Below, piece after piece: positions 39,628 through 49,926 of a stretch of DNA of 64,000 bases; position 1 is the stretch's first letter, and every line of letters begins with the position of its first letter. Made by a program: the position numbers and the translations under genes. The notes below the pieces were generated by a model. It saw only the letters and a program-made list of their open reading frames with translations, was not told the origin of the DNA and did no database searches. This stretch comes from a virus, in IMG/VR virus record IMGVR_UViG_3300037475_000240, positions 32,001-96,000 of that record; one strand, written 5' to 3'.

Positions 39628-42230
39628 TTAACTTTCTCTCCAGATTCAAGTTCTATTTCTACTAAAGGTAGAAAGCCATGATCATATTTATTAATAATTT
39701 CTACTAAAATATTTTCTTTTGTTTGTTCATCACGAGATTGAATCCAATCACCAATTTGAACATCTTGTAATGTTTTGGTAGATTTAAAATTACCTTCTGA
39801 ATCATATATATCAACTGTTTCAGAAAACAACACCGACTGGTTAAAACCATAACCCTGAAACTTTTCAACTACTTCATCCCAAATACGTTTAGCAATTTCT
39901 TCATTTACTCCACATTTTACAGAATCTGTAATAAATTCTAATCTCCATTGCTGAGCCTTCTTAGGATTCTTTCCCTTTTCTTTAGTTAATTTTCTGAGTC
40001 GATCTGCTGAATGCAAACTCCAGCCCGCAATATCTTGCGCAAGATACATAAGAGACTCTTCATATAATCCGAATCCAAAAGTATTATTAAACGCTCTTGC
40101 CAAATTAGGATGTAATAAACTAAATTTCTTTCTACCATCTTTGGTAGCAATAAAATCTTCTCTCATATCACGAGCTGATGGTCTTGCCAAAGAGTTAATG
40201 TAGCTAATATCATTTACTGATTTTGGTTTAATTTTTCTACACAAATCAATAGTTCCACCTGAAGTTCCTAATTGAAATACACAAAATGTATCTCCTTTAG
40301 AAATTAAATCATATGATTCTTGATCATAAGTATCATAGCTTAGCGCATCTAAAGGTGAAGCATCCTTGCCCGAAGCTTTAATTAATTTAATTGTCTGTCC
40401 AATAATATCCAGTGTAGATAATCCTAAAGTATCCATTTTTACTAAGCCGTTTTCTTCAGCTTTATCTTTATCATATTCAAGAGCTAATGAACCATCTTTA
40501 TCTCGACGTAGTGGAATTAATCCAGTTAATGGGCGTGCTGAAATAATAATACCACCAGCATGTGTCGACCAAGCTCTAAATTTACCGCAAATACTTTTAT
40601 ATTTTTCTAACTGAGGATATTTTTTTACATATTCTGTAAATAATGGAACTTTAATTAAAGCTTCATCAATAGACTTAATGTCTGCTGGTAAACAATCGGC
40701 AACATCAGTTCCTATCTTAACAGCATCTTCACGTGATCCACCCAACTCACATGACCTTGAAATGTCTCGGGCATAAACTTTGGGCGTAATAGTATTGACG
40801 TTTGAAACGTGAGCTACGTGATCTTCGCCATATTTTTTTCTTAAATATTCTTGTACGAGCGCGCGACCAGATGGAGCAAAATCTGTATCAATATCTGGAA
40901 AGCTTGATTTTTCTTTATTATGAAATCTAGCAAAAATTAAACTATACTTAATTGGATCTGCTTGGTGGATACCTAATAAATAAGCAATAAGAGATCCTCC
41001 AACAGAACCTCGACCTTCGCCAACAGCAATATTATTTTTTCTCGCCCAATTAATATAATCAGCAACAATTAACATATAACTGGAAAAATCGTGGAACTCT
41101 AATACATCAAGTTCTTCTGCGACTCTATCATCATATATTTTTTTATCTTCTATAGTTTGTTCACCTATTCTAGCAAAATAAGATTTTTCACATTGAAATC
41201 TTAAATAAAGTTTATCATCAGCTAATTGTTTTATTTGCTCAATTTGACTATTTCTCCAATTAAGAAAATCTGCATAGTCGGGTTCATCTTTGAAAGGGAA
41301 AATAGGTAACTCTTTTCCAGAAGGATTAGAAAACTTCGGGTCGATCCAATCCGGAAATTCACAGAGGCTAGCAAAATGAATAGTATTCTCGCACAAATTT
41401 TTGGAGAAACCTTCACCATATAATGTATCATAGTTTCTGGCAAAAAATGCTTCAACTTCATCTCCAGTTTTTAAATAAAATTCAGAAACAGGATATTTTA
41501 ATCTAAAATTAGAATATACTGGCTGATGCGAGCCGATCGCCAAAAGCACATCATGAACTTCATGATCTTCTTTATTAAGATAGTGTGCATTACATGCTGG
41601 CACAATCTTAATATTGTGTTGCAGACCCAGCTTAATTAATTGTCTATTTAAAAAGAACTGATCGATTTCATCAGTAAAAATATTTCCGCCACGTTTCATA
41701 TTATTTGGTTGAACTTCAATTCCTAAATTATCTCCAAATAAATCTTTTAATCTTAATAAGGCTTTTTCGGCTTCTTCACTTTTACCATTATTTAACAGCT
41801 GAGAAACGATACCGTTTCCACACGCAGTTAAACAAAGCATACCTTCTTTATATTGCTCTAATAATTTCCAATCAACCAAAGGATAAACTCTTTTGCCTAA
41901 AAATGAGCCTTGATCGAAAGCTTTTTTATTAATAGTTAATAAATTTCGATATCCCTCTGCGTTCTTTGCTAATAAAATGATGTGCCTAAATTTGCCTTCA
42001 ATGTTTGAAGCATCATCCACGAAATAACATTCACAGCCCATAATTAACTTAACACCAGTTTCTCTGGAAGCTTTAAGTGCATCCCAAGCAGCAGCTAAGG
42101 TACCATGATCAGTAATTGCAATTGCAGTTTGACCTAAATCTTTAGCCTTTTTAAAAAGATCTTTTGTTGAAATAGTAGAATCTAGAATAGAATAATCAGT
42201 TTGATTGTGCAATGATACAAAATCAGTCAT
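39498..42230 (-). CDS. dnaE: DNA polymerase III alpha, N-terminal half with C-terminal split-intein N fragment
   Basis: PHP (SLHNQTDYSILD, AITDHG), GRGSVGGSL, PDIDTDF, HAGG, KMDTLGL, FQGYGFNQ followed by intein block A. Confidence 0.93.
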   Translation of the reverse strand: MTDFVSLHNQTDYSILDSTISTKDLFKKAKDLGQTAIAITDHGTLAAAWDALKASRETGVKLIMGCECYFVDDASNIEGKFRHIILLAKNAEGYRNLLTINKKAFDQGSFLGKRVYPLVDWKLLEQYKEGMLCLTACGNGIVSQLLNNGKSEEAEKALLRLKDLFGDNLGIEVQPNNMKRGGNIFTDEIDQFFLNRQLIKLGLQHNIKIVPACNAHYLNKEDHEVHDVLLAIGSHQPVYSNFRLKYPVSEFYLKTGDEVEAFFARNYDTLYGEGFSKNLCENTIHFASLCEFPDWIDPKFSNPSGKELPIFPFKDEPDYADFLNWRNSQIEQIKQLADDKLYLRFQCEKSYFARIGEQTIEDKKIYDDRVAEELDVLEFHDFSSYMLIVADYINWARKNNIAVGEGRGSVGGSLIAYLLGIHQADPIKYSLIFARFHNKEKSSFPDIDTDFAPSGRALVQEYLRKKYGEDHVAHVSNVNTITPKVYARDISRSCELGGSREDAVKIGTDVADCLPADIKSIDEALIKVPLFTEYVKKYPQLEKYKSICGKFRAWSTHAGGIIISARPLTGLIPLRRDKDGSLALEYDKDKAEENGLVKMDTLGLSTLDIIGQTIKLIKASGKDASPLDALSYDTYDQESYDLISKGDTFCVFQLGTSGGTIDLCRKIKPKSVNDISYINSLARPSARDMREDFIATKDGRKKFSLLHPNLARAFNNTFGFGLYEESLMYLAQDIAGWSLHSADRLRKLTKEKGKNPKKAQQWRLEFITDSVKCGVNEEIAKRIWDEVVEKFQGYGFNQSVLFSETVDIYDSEGNFKSTKTLQDVQIGDWIQSRDEQTKENILVEIINKYDHGFLPLVEIELESGEKVKCTMSHKFRVEESGEMLPLWKIIKEDLTIIVNIATINVDQKTQ
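39501..39836 (-). mobile_element. split intein N fragment (112 aa, Ser1)
   Basis: SVLFSETV..TLQDVQIGD.IQS; block B VKCTMSHKF (TxxH). Confidence 0.88.
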
Positions 42231-42332
42231 AGTACTTCCTTGCTGTCAAGTATTATAATAAATCACATCTGGCTCATTCAAAGAGCACTAACACTTAAGG
42301 ATAAGTGTCGTGTGTTTGTTAGAGAATACAAT

Positions 42333-42995
42333 TTAGAGTGACATAATAGATTTTAATTTTTTATTGTCAACGTTGCCGTAATTATCTGAAATATAATCAA
42401 TTAACTTAAATTGCTCTTTCCAAAAAGATTTATTTTTAGAATTTTTGCAAAGTAAAGATTTTAGATCAGAATAGTATAATCTTTTTTTATTAAACAAAGA
42501 ATGAGATACAAGAGTTACGTCGTCCCAATATTGTTCTAAAATATTGGAGCAATCTTTAATCATTTTTTGTTTAAAAGCATATCTTTTTTTTCCTGCTGGT
42601 GCAAGATTATATTTTCTAATGAATTCTGAGGCTTCTGAAATATCATCTTCTGACCCATCTTTTAAGAACTTAGGAAACTTATCAGATCCACTAATAGATT
42701 TAAAATAATATCTTTCAGCACAATTTCCTGCATAACATAATCCAATTTCAGATTTTAACCAATAATTGAATAATGTCATGTCTTCTGTAGATTCTTCGAA
42801 GACAGCCTCGTAATTCGTGGTTCCTTCACCTCTAGAACTTTTAGAGTTGTTAAAGACGGTTACAGAACCAATTTTCATGAAATGAAGTAATCCATAAATA
42901 GTATGACCAGACTCATGATAAGATACAGCAATAAGTTCGTGGGTTTTAGTCACCTTTTTACGAAGATTATTGATGGATCCTGAACCATTTGACAT
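42333..42995 (-). CDS. stand-alone peptidase M41 (FtsH protease-domain-like) zinc metalloprotease
   Basis: SYHESGH (HExxH), YAGNCAE (third ligand E), GSEDDISEA. Confidence 0.7.
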   Translation of the reverse strand: MSNGSGSINNLRKKVTKTHELIAVSYHESGHTIYGLLHFMKIGSVTVFNNSKSSRGEGTTNYEAVFEESTEDMTLFNYWLKSEIGLCYAGNCAERYYFKSISGSDKFPKFLKDGSEDDISEASEFIRKYNLAPAGKKRYAFKQKMIKDCSNILEQYWDDVTLVSHSLFNKKRLYYSDLKSLLCKNSKNKSFWKEQFKLIDYISDNYGNVDNKKLKSIMSL

Positions 42996-42998
42996 GAT

Positions 42999-43277
42999 TT
43001 ATCCTATTGTTTGCATTAACACCTCAAAATCAGTTATTTTTTGCTCACAATTAGCATTTTTACACTTAACTTGGAGGCGATCAGATCCAAGCGGACCCGT
43101 TACTATTAAGTCCAAATTATCGGCATATAATATACCTGCCTGTGTAAAATGTTTCGCCTCATTGAACCCTAAATCAACAAAAGCCTTTAAATGTTCAACA
43201 GTTAGCGGCTCTCCAACTTTAAAAATTACTGAGGTTTTACCACAACAAGCTTGTACAGTAAATCGCTCGGTCTTCAT
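42999..43277 (-). CDS. hypothetical protein
   Basis: 92-aa ORF, coupled to neighbours. Confidence 0.6.
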   Translation of the reverse strand: MKTERFTVQACCGKTSVIFKVGEPLTVEHLKAFVDLGFNEAKHFTQAGILYADNLDLIVTGPLGSDRLQVKCKNANCEQKITDFEVLMQTIG

Positions 43278-43592
43278 TTAGTCTGAATCCTTATTATCTA
43301 AATCTTCTCCCTTGCCTTCAAGTAAGAAAAGAGCATATTTAATTTTAGCAGTTTGAGCCTTAATGGCATCTCTATATGGTGCAGAGTATTCTTTTACTAA
43401 CTCTTTTGCTCCATTAAGTTTGGTATCATCATTTTTTTCTTTTTCAACTGTATAAATATTACCTTCGCAAGTAACAATAATTTTTTTCAAATCATCGGCA
43501 CTAGCAGCATCAGCAATATCTTTAAACTCTGGCAAATCTTTTAATACTTTTGCCCACTTCTCTGGAAATGTTACTGGATCATTATCGCTCAT
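43278..43592 (-). CDS. hypothetical helical protein
   Basis: 104 aa, AGGA RBS. Confidence 0.65.
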   Translation of the reverse strand: MSDNDPVTFPEKWAKVLKDLPEFKDIADAASADDLKKIIVTCEGNIYTVEKEKNDDTKLNGAKELVKEYSAPYRDAIKAQTAKIKYALFLLEGKGEDLDNKDSD

Positions 43593-43605
43593 ATTTTATT
43601 TTCCT

Positions 43606-44853
43606 TTATTGTACAATGTTTACATTTTTTGCAACAAAATCTAATGTATATTCATCTTTAATTCTAGAGAATAGAATTTGTAAATATCCTGTTCGATTTG
43701 CTTCTTTTATAATTTCATCTACTGATTTATCAGTCCTAGATTTTGCTATATTTGCTTTAATCATATCAAATACTTCTTGATCGCTTAATTGAGCTTCTGG
43801 TTCTTCTTCTCTAATTTTATCTAGAACAAGAGACAATTTACAATTCTTTTCAGCTAATGCTAAGAATCTTTCTTTATCTTCATCCGGACAAGTTTCCCAA
43901 TTTAAACTAGATTGATGTGCTAAATATTGTGCTTCAGATAATGAAATCCAATTAGGCACATCAATTTTATTATCATCAATTAATCTGTAACTAATTGCCT
44001 CCATAAGAGCTGCTCGTTCGCCCTCAACACTCTTAGCTACGGCAATACCATTAACATATTCTCTTAACTCTTCTATATTATTTTTTTGTAACTTGACTGC
44101 CAACTGATCATCTAAAGGACAAGGAATATTTTTTGATCCCATATTTAAAGTCACTTTAAATTTTACAGTTTTACCTTTTAACGAAGGTAATCCATCTTCT
44201 GGCACAATAATATCAAACTCTCTAACATCACCAATTACCATACCTAATAAATTAGAATCAAATTCTTTGAGTTGACTAAATCCTACTGTAAGCATTTCTC
44301 CCTCAGCAACCAAAGATTCTACTTTCTCTCCGTCAACAGAACCTTCATAATCTAAAATTACGGTATCTCCATCTTGAACAAAATCTGTCTCTGTATATGG
44401 ATTAGTTTCACCTAAACGAACTCTAAGATCTTGCAGCATTTTCTCTGAAAACTCTAAGGCAGATCCTCTTGAAGAAGGCTTTGGAATATCTATCCCTTTG
44501 AAAGGGACAAGTTCAAAGGTAGGTTTAGTTAAAACTTCAAATTCACAAGTAAATTTTCCATCTGCCAAAAGAGCTGAATTAAACTTGGGCGCCCCATGTG
44601 GTTTAATCTTTTTCTCAAAAAGAGTGTTATGGTAAGCATCTTCAGCAAGCGCGCGCTTCAGAGACTCTTCGATTTGAGTATTGTAATGTCTTTTAATAGC
44701 ATCAACGCTTGCCTTTCCCTTACGAAAGCCTGGGACTGGTGCCTTCTTAAACGAAGTTATAATTTCGCCTCGTTTATTTAAAATTTGCTCGGCATCTGCC
44801 TCATAAACAACTGATAGCTTGCACGGTTCTAATTCTGTGACTTGAATTTGCAT
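43606..44853 (-). CDS. tig: trigger factor
   Basis: Ribosome-binding signature VPGFRKGKA, FKBP domain (GDTVILDYEGSVDGE), C-terminal domain. Confidence 0.9.
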   Translation of the reverse strand: MQIQVTELEPCKLSVVYEADAEQILNKRGEIITSFKKAPVPGFRKGKASVDAIKRHYNTQIEESLKRALAEDAYHNTLFEKKIKPHGAPKFNSALLADGKFTCEFEVLTKPTFELVPFKGIDIPKPSSRGSALEFSEKMLQDLRVRLGETNPYTETDFVQDGDTVILDYEGSVDGEKVESLVAEGEMLTVGFSQLKEFDSNLLGMVIGDVREFDIIVPEDGLPSLKGKTVKFKVTLNMGSKNIPCPLDDQLAVKLQKNNIEELREYVNGIAVAKSVEGERAALMEAISYRLIDDNKIDVPNWISLSEAQYLAHQSSLNWETCPDEDKERFLALAEKNCKLSLVLDKIREEEPEAQLSDQEVFDMIKANIAKSRTDKSVDEIIKEANRTGYLQILFSRIKDEYTLDFVAKNVNIVQ

Positions 44854-44862
44854 TTTATTTCC

Positions 44863-45657
44863 TTACCAATTTACTTCACCATTAAAAATATTTGCTCTTT
44901 TTTGTCCTGGTTCACATATATTTACATATGAACAATATGCGCACAATGCAGAAACTGTTGGCTTATATTCAGTTTCATTTAAAATCTTTTCACTATATTC
45001 AAGATAAAGATCTTTTGCTTTCATAGCATCTTCTCTTGTATACTCATATGTAACATACTCAAAGTCATGTCTTAATAAAATATATGAACATCTAACTTTT
45101 TCTGCATCCGGATATTCTTGAGATAACATATAATAAGCATATGTTAATAATTGAAGATCATTATTCTTCAAATATTTTTTGTTTTTTATCGTTTTATAAT
45201 CTCCAACGTGAATGATACCATCGTCATCAAGCTGTACTCTGTCAATCATTCCGTTTAAAATAAGATTTGGAGCGCATTCAAATTCAAATCTTTTTTCACA
45301 AGACAAAACATTTGCTGATAAATTATTTTTCTTATCATCAGATACTATTTTCAAATATTGATTAATAATATCAAAACATTCTTTTTTCATTTCAGAGGTC
45401 ATTTTTTCTTTGTACTCAACTAAAGTATCTTTAAATGCTTTAGACATAACTACATTATATTTTTCTTGAGATCCTGCCAAATATGCTAAATGAAAATCTT
45501 CTAATACTTTATGACAAAACTTACCAAAAATAGTATAAGTATTATCTTTTTGCGGCATCTTTAAAACATATGAAAACTTATATTTTGCTTGACAATCTAA
45601 ATATGTTTTAGTTTTTGATACAGATAAGCGCAAGTCTTTTTTTAATTCTTCTGTCAT
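44863..45657 (-). CDS. PD-(D/E)XK RecB/AddB/Cas4-like exonuclease
   Basis: LSVSK..YLDC, G..H, E, GMIDRV, DYKT, QLLTYA, CAYCSYVNIC (1+3 Cys Fe-S pattern). Confidence 0.85.
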   Translation of the reverse strand: MTEELKKDLRLSVSKTKTYLDCQAKYKFSYVLKMPQKDNTYTIFGKFCHKVLEDFHLAYLAGSQEKYNVVMSKAFKDTLVEYKEKMTSEMKKECFDIINQYLKIVSDDKKNNLSANVLSCEKRFEFECAPNLILNGMIDRVQLDDDGIIHVGDYKTIKNKKYLKNNDLQLLTYAYYMLSQEYPDAEKVRCSYILLRHDFEYVTYEYTREDAMKAKDLYLEYSEKILNETEYKPTVSALCAYCSYVNICEPGQKRANIFNGEVNW

Positions 45658-45763
45658 TTAATTCTAATTTTGTTTGAGTGTACAGAATATATATCCTGCG
45701 TCAAATAAAAACTAATAATTTCGTAATTTTATCTAAAAATTCATCTACGTTATTTTTATAAAA

Positions 45764-46756
45764 TTAAAACAAATGTCTTCTTTGAAATTTTATCCACTCG
45801 AATACATATTTTGCTCCTGGCTGACTATTGCCGGAACTAAACATTCCTGCCATATTACCATCCCAAGTACCGGTTGGTTGATATGGAGATTTAGATATAA
45901 TCCATCTATTAGATGAAGAGTCAAAATAATAATATGTGATGGTATTATCTCTTGGATTATAATGAGATCTTAAAAAGGCGCCGGTTGCTGCTGGTGCATC
46001 AATAGCAGTAGTAAAAAAAGCACTTCCATCTCGAGCACGTTCAGGATTTTCTAAACTAAAAAATTGCCTATTAATATTAGGCGGATCATTAGGATCTTCA
46101 TTAGCAAAGTCTTGAAAAATAACTAAAGCTTTAGGATTAAACATATTACTAAATTGCTCAACTTCTTCGGGTGGAGCTGGTGAAACTTCTACATTTACAT
46201 TTCCAGGCAATGTTCCGATTCCACGACCCATTTCACCTTGAGCATTAGTAGTACTATATACAATACTATAATTTTCAGTATTATATGGCTCATTAGTAAA
46301 AGCTGCTGGATAACCATCAGCATCAAAAGCATTTGAATTTGTATTTAAACTTGGATTATCAACTGTAATACCTGCATCACCAGGACTTAAAAATTCGCCT
46401 GTTGGTTGCGATTCATTTGTTCCAAATGGATACAAAGCCTCTCCAGCCGCACCAACTGGTTGAGTAGTTGCAGAATGAGGTAGTCTTGTATTATCTAACA
46501 TATTAGTTTGATATGTTTCTTCTATAATAGGAGAGAAATCAGAACCATTTGTTGCTAACACTTTTAGTGTAATTGAAATTGTAGAATTTGGAATAGCAAT
46601 TGGTGAAATATAAATATCAGAAGAAAGTGTTGGGTCTGTACCATCTAAAGTATAAAATATACTGCTAGGAATATTTGTAGAAATAGCAACAGTTCTAGGT
46701 ACTCCTGAAACTACTTGTTCTTCTGATGCTGTGATGGTAACACTAATTACTGCCAT
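45764..46756 (-). CDS. Fn3-associated/chitobiase C-terminal-like domain protein, probably virion structural
   Basis: IFYTLDGTDPT..S.IY..PI.I...ITLKVLA. Confidence 0.65.
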   Translation of the reverse strand: MAVISVTITASEEQVVSGVPRTVAISTNIPSSIFYTLDGTDPTLSSDIYISPIAIPNSTISITLKVLATNGSDFSPIIEETYQTNMLDNTRLPHSATTQPVGAAGEALYPFGTNESQPTGEFLSPGDAGITVDNPSLNTNSNAFDADGYPAAFTNEPYNTENYSIVYSTTNAQGEMGRGIGTLPGNVNVEVSPAPPEEVEQFSNMFNPKALVIFQDFANEDPNDPPNINRQFFSLENPERARDGSAFFTTAIDAPAATGAFLRSHYNPRDNTITYYYFDSSSNRWIISKSPYQPTGTWDGNMAGMFSSGNSQPGAKYVFEWIKFQRRHLF

Positions 46757-46757
46757 T

Positions 46758-47075
46758 TTAAACCAAAGTTAGAAATTTTCTATTAGGAGAAGTCATATCT
46801 TTTTTCAACATGATTCTATATATTTTGTGGGCAACTTTTCTAAACAATTTAGCTAGTTCGAGATAAATCTCATCACCCTCTCTTCTATACAGAATTATGA
46901 ACTTATCATGACATTCTATAAACTCTAAATTGGGTAAAATTCCTTTATAATTATCTTTTTCTATTAAAACAAGCTTGTTTAAAGCATAAACTAATAGGTG
47001 TCTATAAAACTTATATGGTCCTATTTCTTTATATTTGGATACAAATTGTACTTTTAAAATATCTACATCTGACAT
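46758..47075 (-). CDS. hypothetical protein
   Basis: 105 aa, preceded by the late-type motif TATATTTTTGCATAT. Confidence 0.55.
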   Translation of the reverse strand: MSDVDILKVQFVSKYKEIGPYKFYRHLLVYALNKLVLIEKDNYKGILPNLEFIECHDKFIILYRREGDEIYLELAKLFRKVAHKIYRIMLKKDMTSPNRKFLTLV

Positions 47076-47100
47076 TTTATAATATGCAAAAATATACTTA

Positions 47101-47682
47101 TTATAATGCTAATTTTATTTTAGCTACTATATTATTAGCTTCAGACTTAAGATCAGTCAATGTCCCATTATTATGAATAATATAATCAAAATCTTTGTCT
47201 AAAATTTGATCTTGTGTTTCACTAAGATGATTAATAACAGGAGAATCATTTCTATATAATCTAATAAGCAAAAAATCTTTATTTTTAAGATAATCTAACT
47301 CATTTTTAAATCTTAAATCTGGAACAATAAATAAACATTTTCTTACATTATAAGAATCTATTTCTTTTAATTTTTGATCAAAAGCTTTAATCCAAATTTC
47401 ATTATCATATTCTCGGGCAGCAGATCCTATATCTATTAATAATTGTCTAACAGATAATGGCTGATTATTCTTAATGGCTCCCTCAATTAATTCTTTTCTA
47501 AAGGAAGATGAACCAAATAAATGTTTTTTAGGAATGTGCGGAAACATTATCTTTGCTATTTTTTTAATAGGGTCTGCGAAAGCTACCTGATAACTGCTAT
47601 CATAACTAATTTGTTTAATAAGCAATTTTGCTAAAGCATTTTTTCCAGAATTTGCTTTTCCGCATATAGCTATTTTAATCAT
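47101..47682 (-). CDS. deoxynucleoside monophosphate kinase
   Basis: ICGKANSGK, FADPIK, RQLLIDIG..R, IW, DLRFKNE, HLSE. Confidence 0.85.
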   Translation of the reverse strand: MIKIAICGKANSGKNALAKLLIKQISYDSSYQVAFADPIKKIAKIMFPHIPKKHLFGSSSFRKELIEGAIKNNQPLSVRQLLIDIGSAAREYDNEIWIKAFDQKLKEIDSYNVRKCLFIVPDLRFKNELDYLKNKDFLLIRLYRNDSPVINHLSETQDQILDKDFDYIIHNNGTLTDLKSEANNIVAKIKLAL

Positions 47683-47691
47683 AAAAATTCC

Positions 47692-49926
47692 TTACCATGA
47701 TGAAACCACTCTTGCTCTTGATATCATATTTATATCTTGCTCAACTAAGATAGCATGTGAGAATTTATCTTTCAATCTATCGTTGTGAGTAATAACTAGA
47801 ATAGTATAGTCTTTTTGAAAAAACTTAACTATATCTGCAAAAGCATCAACACTTGCTTTATCTAAAGATTGATCTATCTCATCTAACATCAAAAACTTAA
47901 TATCTGTACCAATACTCTTTTGAAGTAAAAATGATAATCCTAATTTTAGACTAAAAGTAATAGCAATTTTTTGAGCACCAGAAAGTTGTTCATAATATCT
48001 TTCTTTGCCATTAATATGATAATTAATTTCTAAAGTATCAGCTAAGTCACCCGTTTTTTCAACCGTTTTTTCTACAAAGAAAGAAAGTTGAAGTCCAGGT
48101 TTTAATTGAGTTAATAAATTGTTAGCCTCTACTTGTAAATCATCTAATACGTTTTGAATTATTAGATTTGGTATTCCAGTAGTAGAGAATCCATGAATAA
48201 CATCTGGATACATGTTTACTTTAGCATCAAGCTTAATAAGTTCTTCTTTTATTTCTTTGATCTTTATTTTGTCTTTAATTTTTTGATCAATGTTATGTTG
48301 AATAACCGCTTTACTACTAGTTGCTTGAGTAAGATCTTTATTTAAAGAATTAACTTTAATGTTAAAAACATGTGATTCTTGTTTTAAAATTTCAATATTT
48401 TTCTTGACTGTTTCCGCTTCAATCATTGAAGAATTTTTTAAATCTTCTTCAGCTACTTCTAATTCACCAGTCTTGGCAAGTAAATCAGCTTTAAATTTAT
48501 CTAATAAATTAGAGTATTCTGAGTGTAAAGTTTTTTTATCTTGAATTTCTTTATTCTTTGAAGAAATATTTGTATTAATAGTCTCTAATTGTTTTTTGGA
48601 TAAACTTAAAGAGTTAATGGTTTGTTGAGATTTTTGAACATCATCATTAATATATTTAATTTCTTTTTTTGACGATTCAATTATTTTTTGACAATTGGCA
48701 AGCTCTAAATCAATTTGTCTTTTACATTCTTCTCGATGTTCTTCTGTAGAGACTTGACGACAATGTCTGCATACACTATCATCTGGTAAAGGAATTTTTA
48801 ATTCCTCATATTGATCTAATGTATTTTTAATTAAAACATTAAGATGAGTTAATCTTTCTTTTTTTGTAGAGATATCTTCATTAATAATATCAATTTGAGA
48901 ATAATCTATTTCAACTAATCTTTTTTGATTTTCTTTTAATAAATTAATTTGATCTAATATCTCTTTAGCTGTTCTAGAGGCATTTGCTTTTTTAGACGTA
49001 TATTCTTTTACAGATATTTCTAATTTCAATTTTTCATTTAAAATAGTTTGTTTTTTTGTAAGCAAACCAGAAAATTTACTCTCTAAATTAGAATGTGTAA
49101 CGGTTAATTCATTAATTTTAATATTTAAATCAGAGATATATGATTTAACTTTATTTAAATCATCAGTTTTATCCATTATTAATTTATCTAAAGTTACTAT
49201 TTGACTCTCAAACATTTTAATATCTTCTTTAGGATTACCTAAAGTATCTAATATTGTTTTTAATTTATCAATATCTTTTGATAAAAAATTAAATTTATCC
49301 TTTGCCATTTTTTCTAACTTAGAATAAATCATAATATTTAAAGCATCTTTAAGAATACTTTTTCTTTTTTCTGGTGTTGAGGTGGCGAGCCCCCCAAAAT
49401 CATTTTGAATAAAGTGAATCGTACTTCTAAACGATTTGTAGTTAATTTTAATTAACTTATCTAAATCTCTTTCAGTATCAGATGCTCTAGATCCAGATAA
49501 ATCTTTCCAGAATTTATTATCTTTGTTGATAATATTTGGTTTATAAATTTCTTCAGAATTATCAACTAAAGTATGATATGCTTCTTCTTCAGATCCTGAT
49601 TCTTTTGTTCTAATATAAAGAGAAAAATCTGTGCTTTTTTTGGTGCGCTTTCTAGAAATTCTATATTCATCATCACCAATAGTAAAATCAAGAACAACCA
49701 TACAAGAATCACATCCATCTCTAATTATTTTCTCTAAATTAACATCAGCTTGGTTAAATAAAACATATTCTAAAGCTTTAAAAATGGTGGTCTTACCAAC
49801 GCCATTTGAATAAAGATCATTATTATCTACTTTACCAACAATTAAAGCAGTACTGAATTTAGTAAAATCAATATAACTAACTTCATGGCACATGAAGTTT
49901 TCCAAATATAATCTAAGAGGTATCAC
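47692..49926 (-). CDS. sbcC: SbcC/Rad50-like ATPase (gp46-like)
   Basis: ENFMCH, NGVGKTT, Q-loop, coiled coil with CRHC hook, LSGAQ signature, LDEID, ITH. Confidence 0.9.
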   Translation of the reverse strand: MIPLRLYLENFMCHEVSYIDFTKFSTALIVGKVDNNDLYSNGVGKTTIFKALEYVLFNQADVNLEKIIRDGCDSCMVVLDFTIGDDEYRISRKRTKKSTDFSLYIRTKESGSEEEAYHTLVDNSEEIYKPNIINKDNKFWKDLSGSRASDTERDLDKLIKINYKSFRSTIHFIQNDFGGLATSTPEKRKSILKDALNIMIYSKLEKMAKDKFNFLSKDIDKLKTILDTLGNPKEDIKMFESQIVTLDKLIMDKTDDLNKVKSYISDLNIKINELTVTHSNLESKFSGLLTKKQTILNEKLKLEISVKEYTSKKANASRTAKEILDQINLLKENQKRLVEIDYSQIDIINEDISTKKERLTHLNVLIKNTLDQYEELKIPLPDDSVCRHCRQVSTEEHREECKRQIDLELANCQKIIESSKKEIKYINDDVQKSQQTINSLSLSKKQLETINTNISSKNKEIQDKKTLHSEYSNLLDKFKADLLAKTGELEVAEEDLKNSSMIEAETVKKNIEILKQESHVFNIKVNSLNKDLTQATSSKAVIQHNIDQKIKDKIKIKEIKEELIKLDAKVNMYPDVIHGFSTTGIPNLIIQNVLDDLQVEANNLLTQLKPGLQLSFFVEKTVEKTGDLADTLEINYHINGKERYYEQLSGAQKIAITFSLKLGLSFLLQKSIGTDIKFLMLDEIDQSLDKASVDAFADIVKFFQKDYTILVITHNDRLKDKFSHAILVEQDINMISRARVVSSW

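Noticed and set aside
42291-42308. Small hairpin ACACTTA-AGGA-TAAGTGT upstream of dnaE
   Set aside because: Seven-bp AT-rich stem without a U-tract; insufficient to call a terminator or ncRNA.
44863-45657. Cas4-like nuclease as a sign of CRISPR-Cas
   Set aside because: No cas1/cas2, effector genes or repeat-spacer array in the window; stand-alone RecB/Cas4-like nucleases are common in phages.
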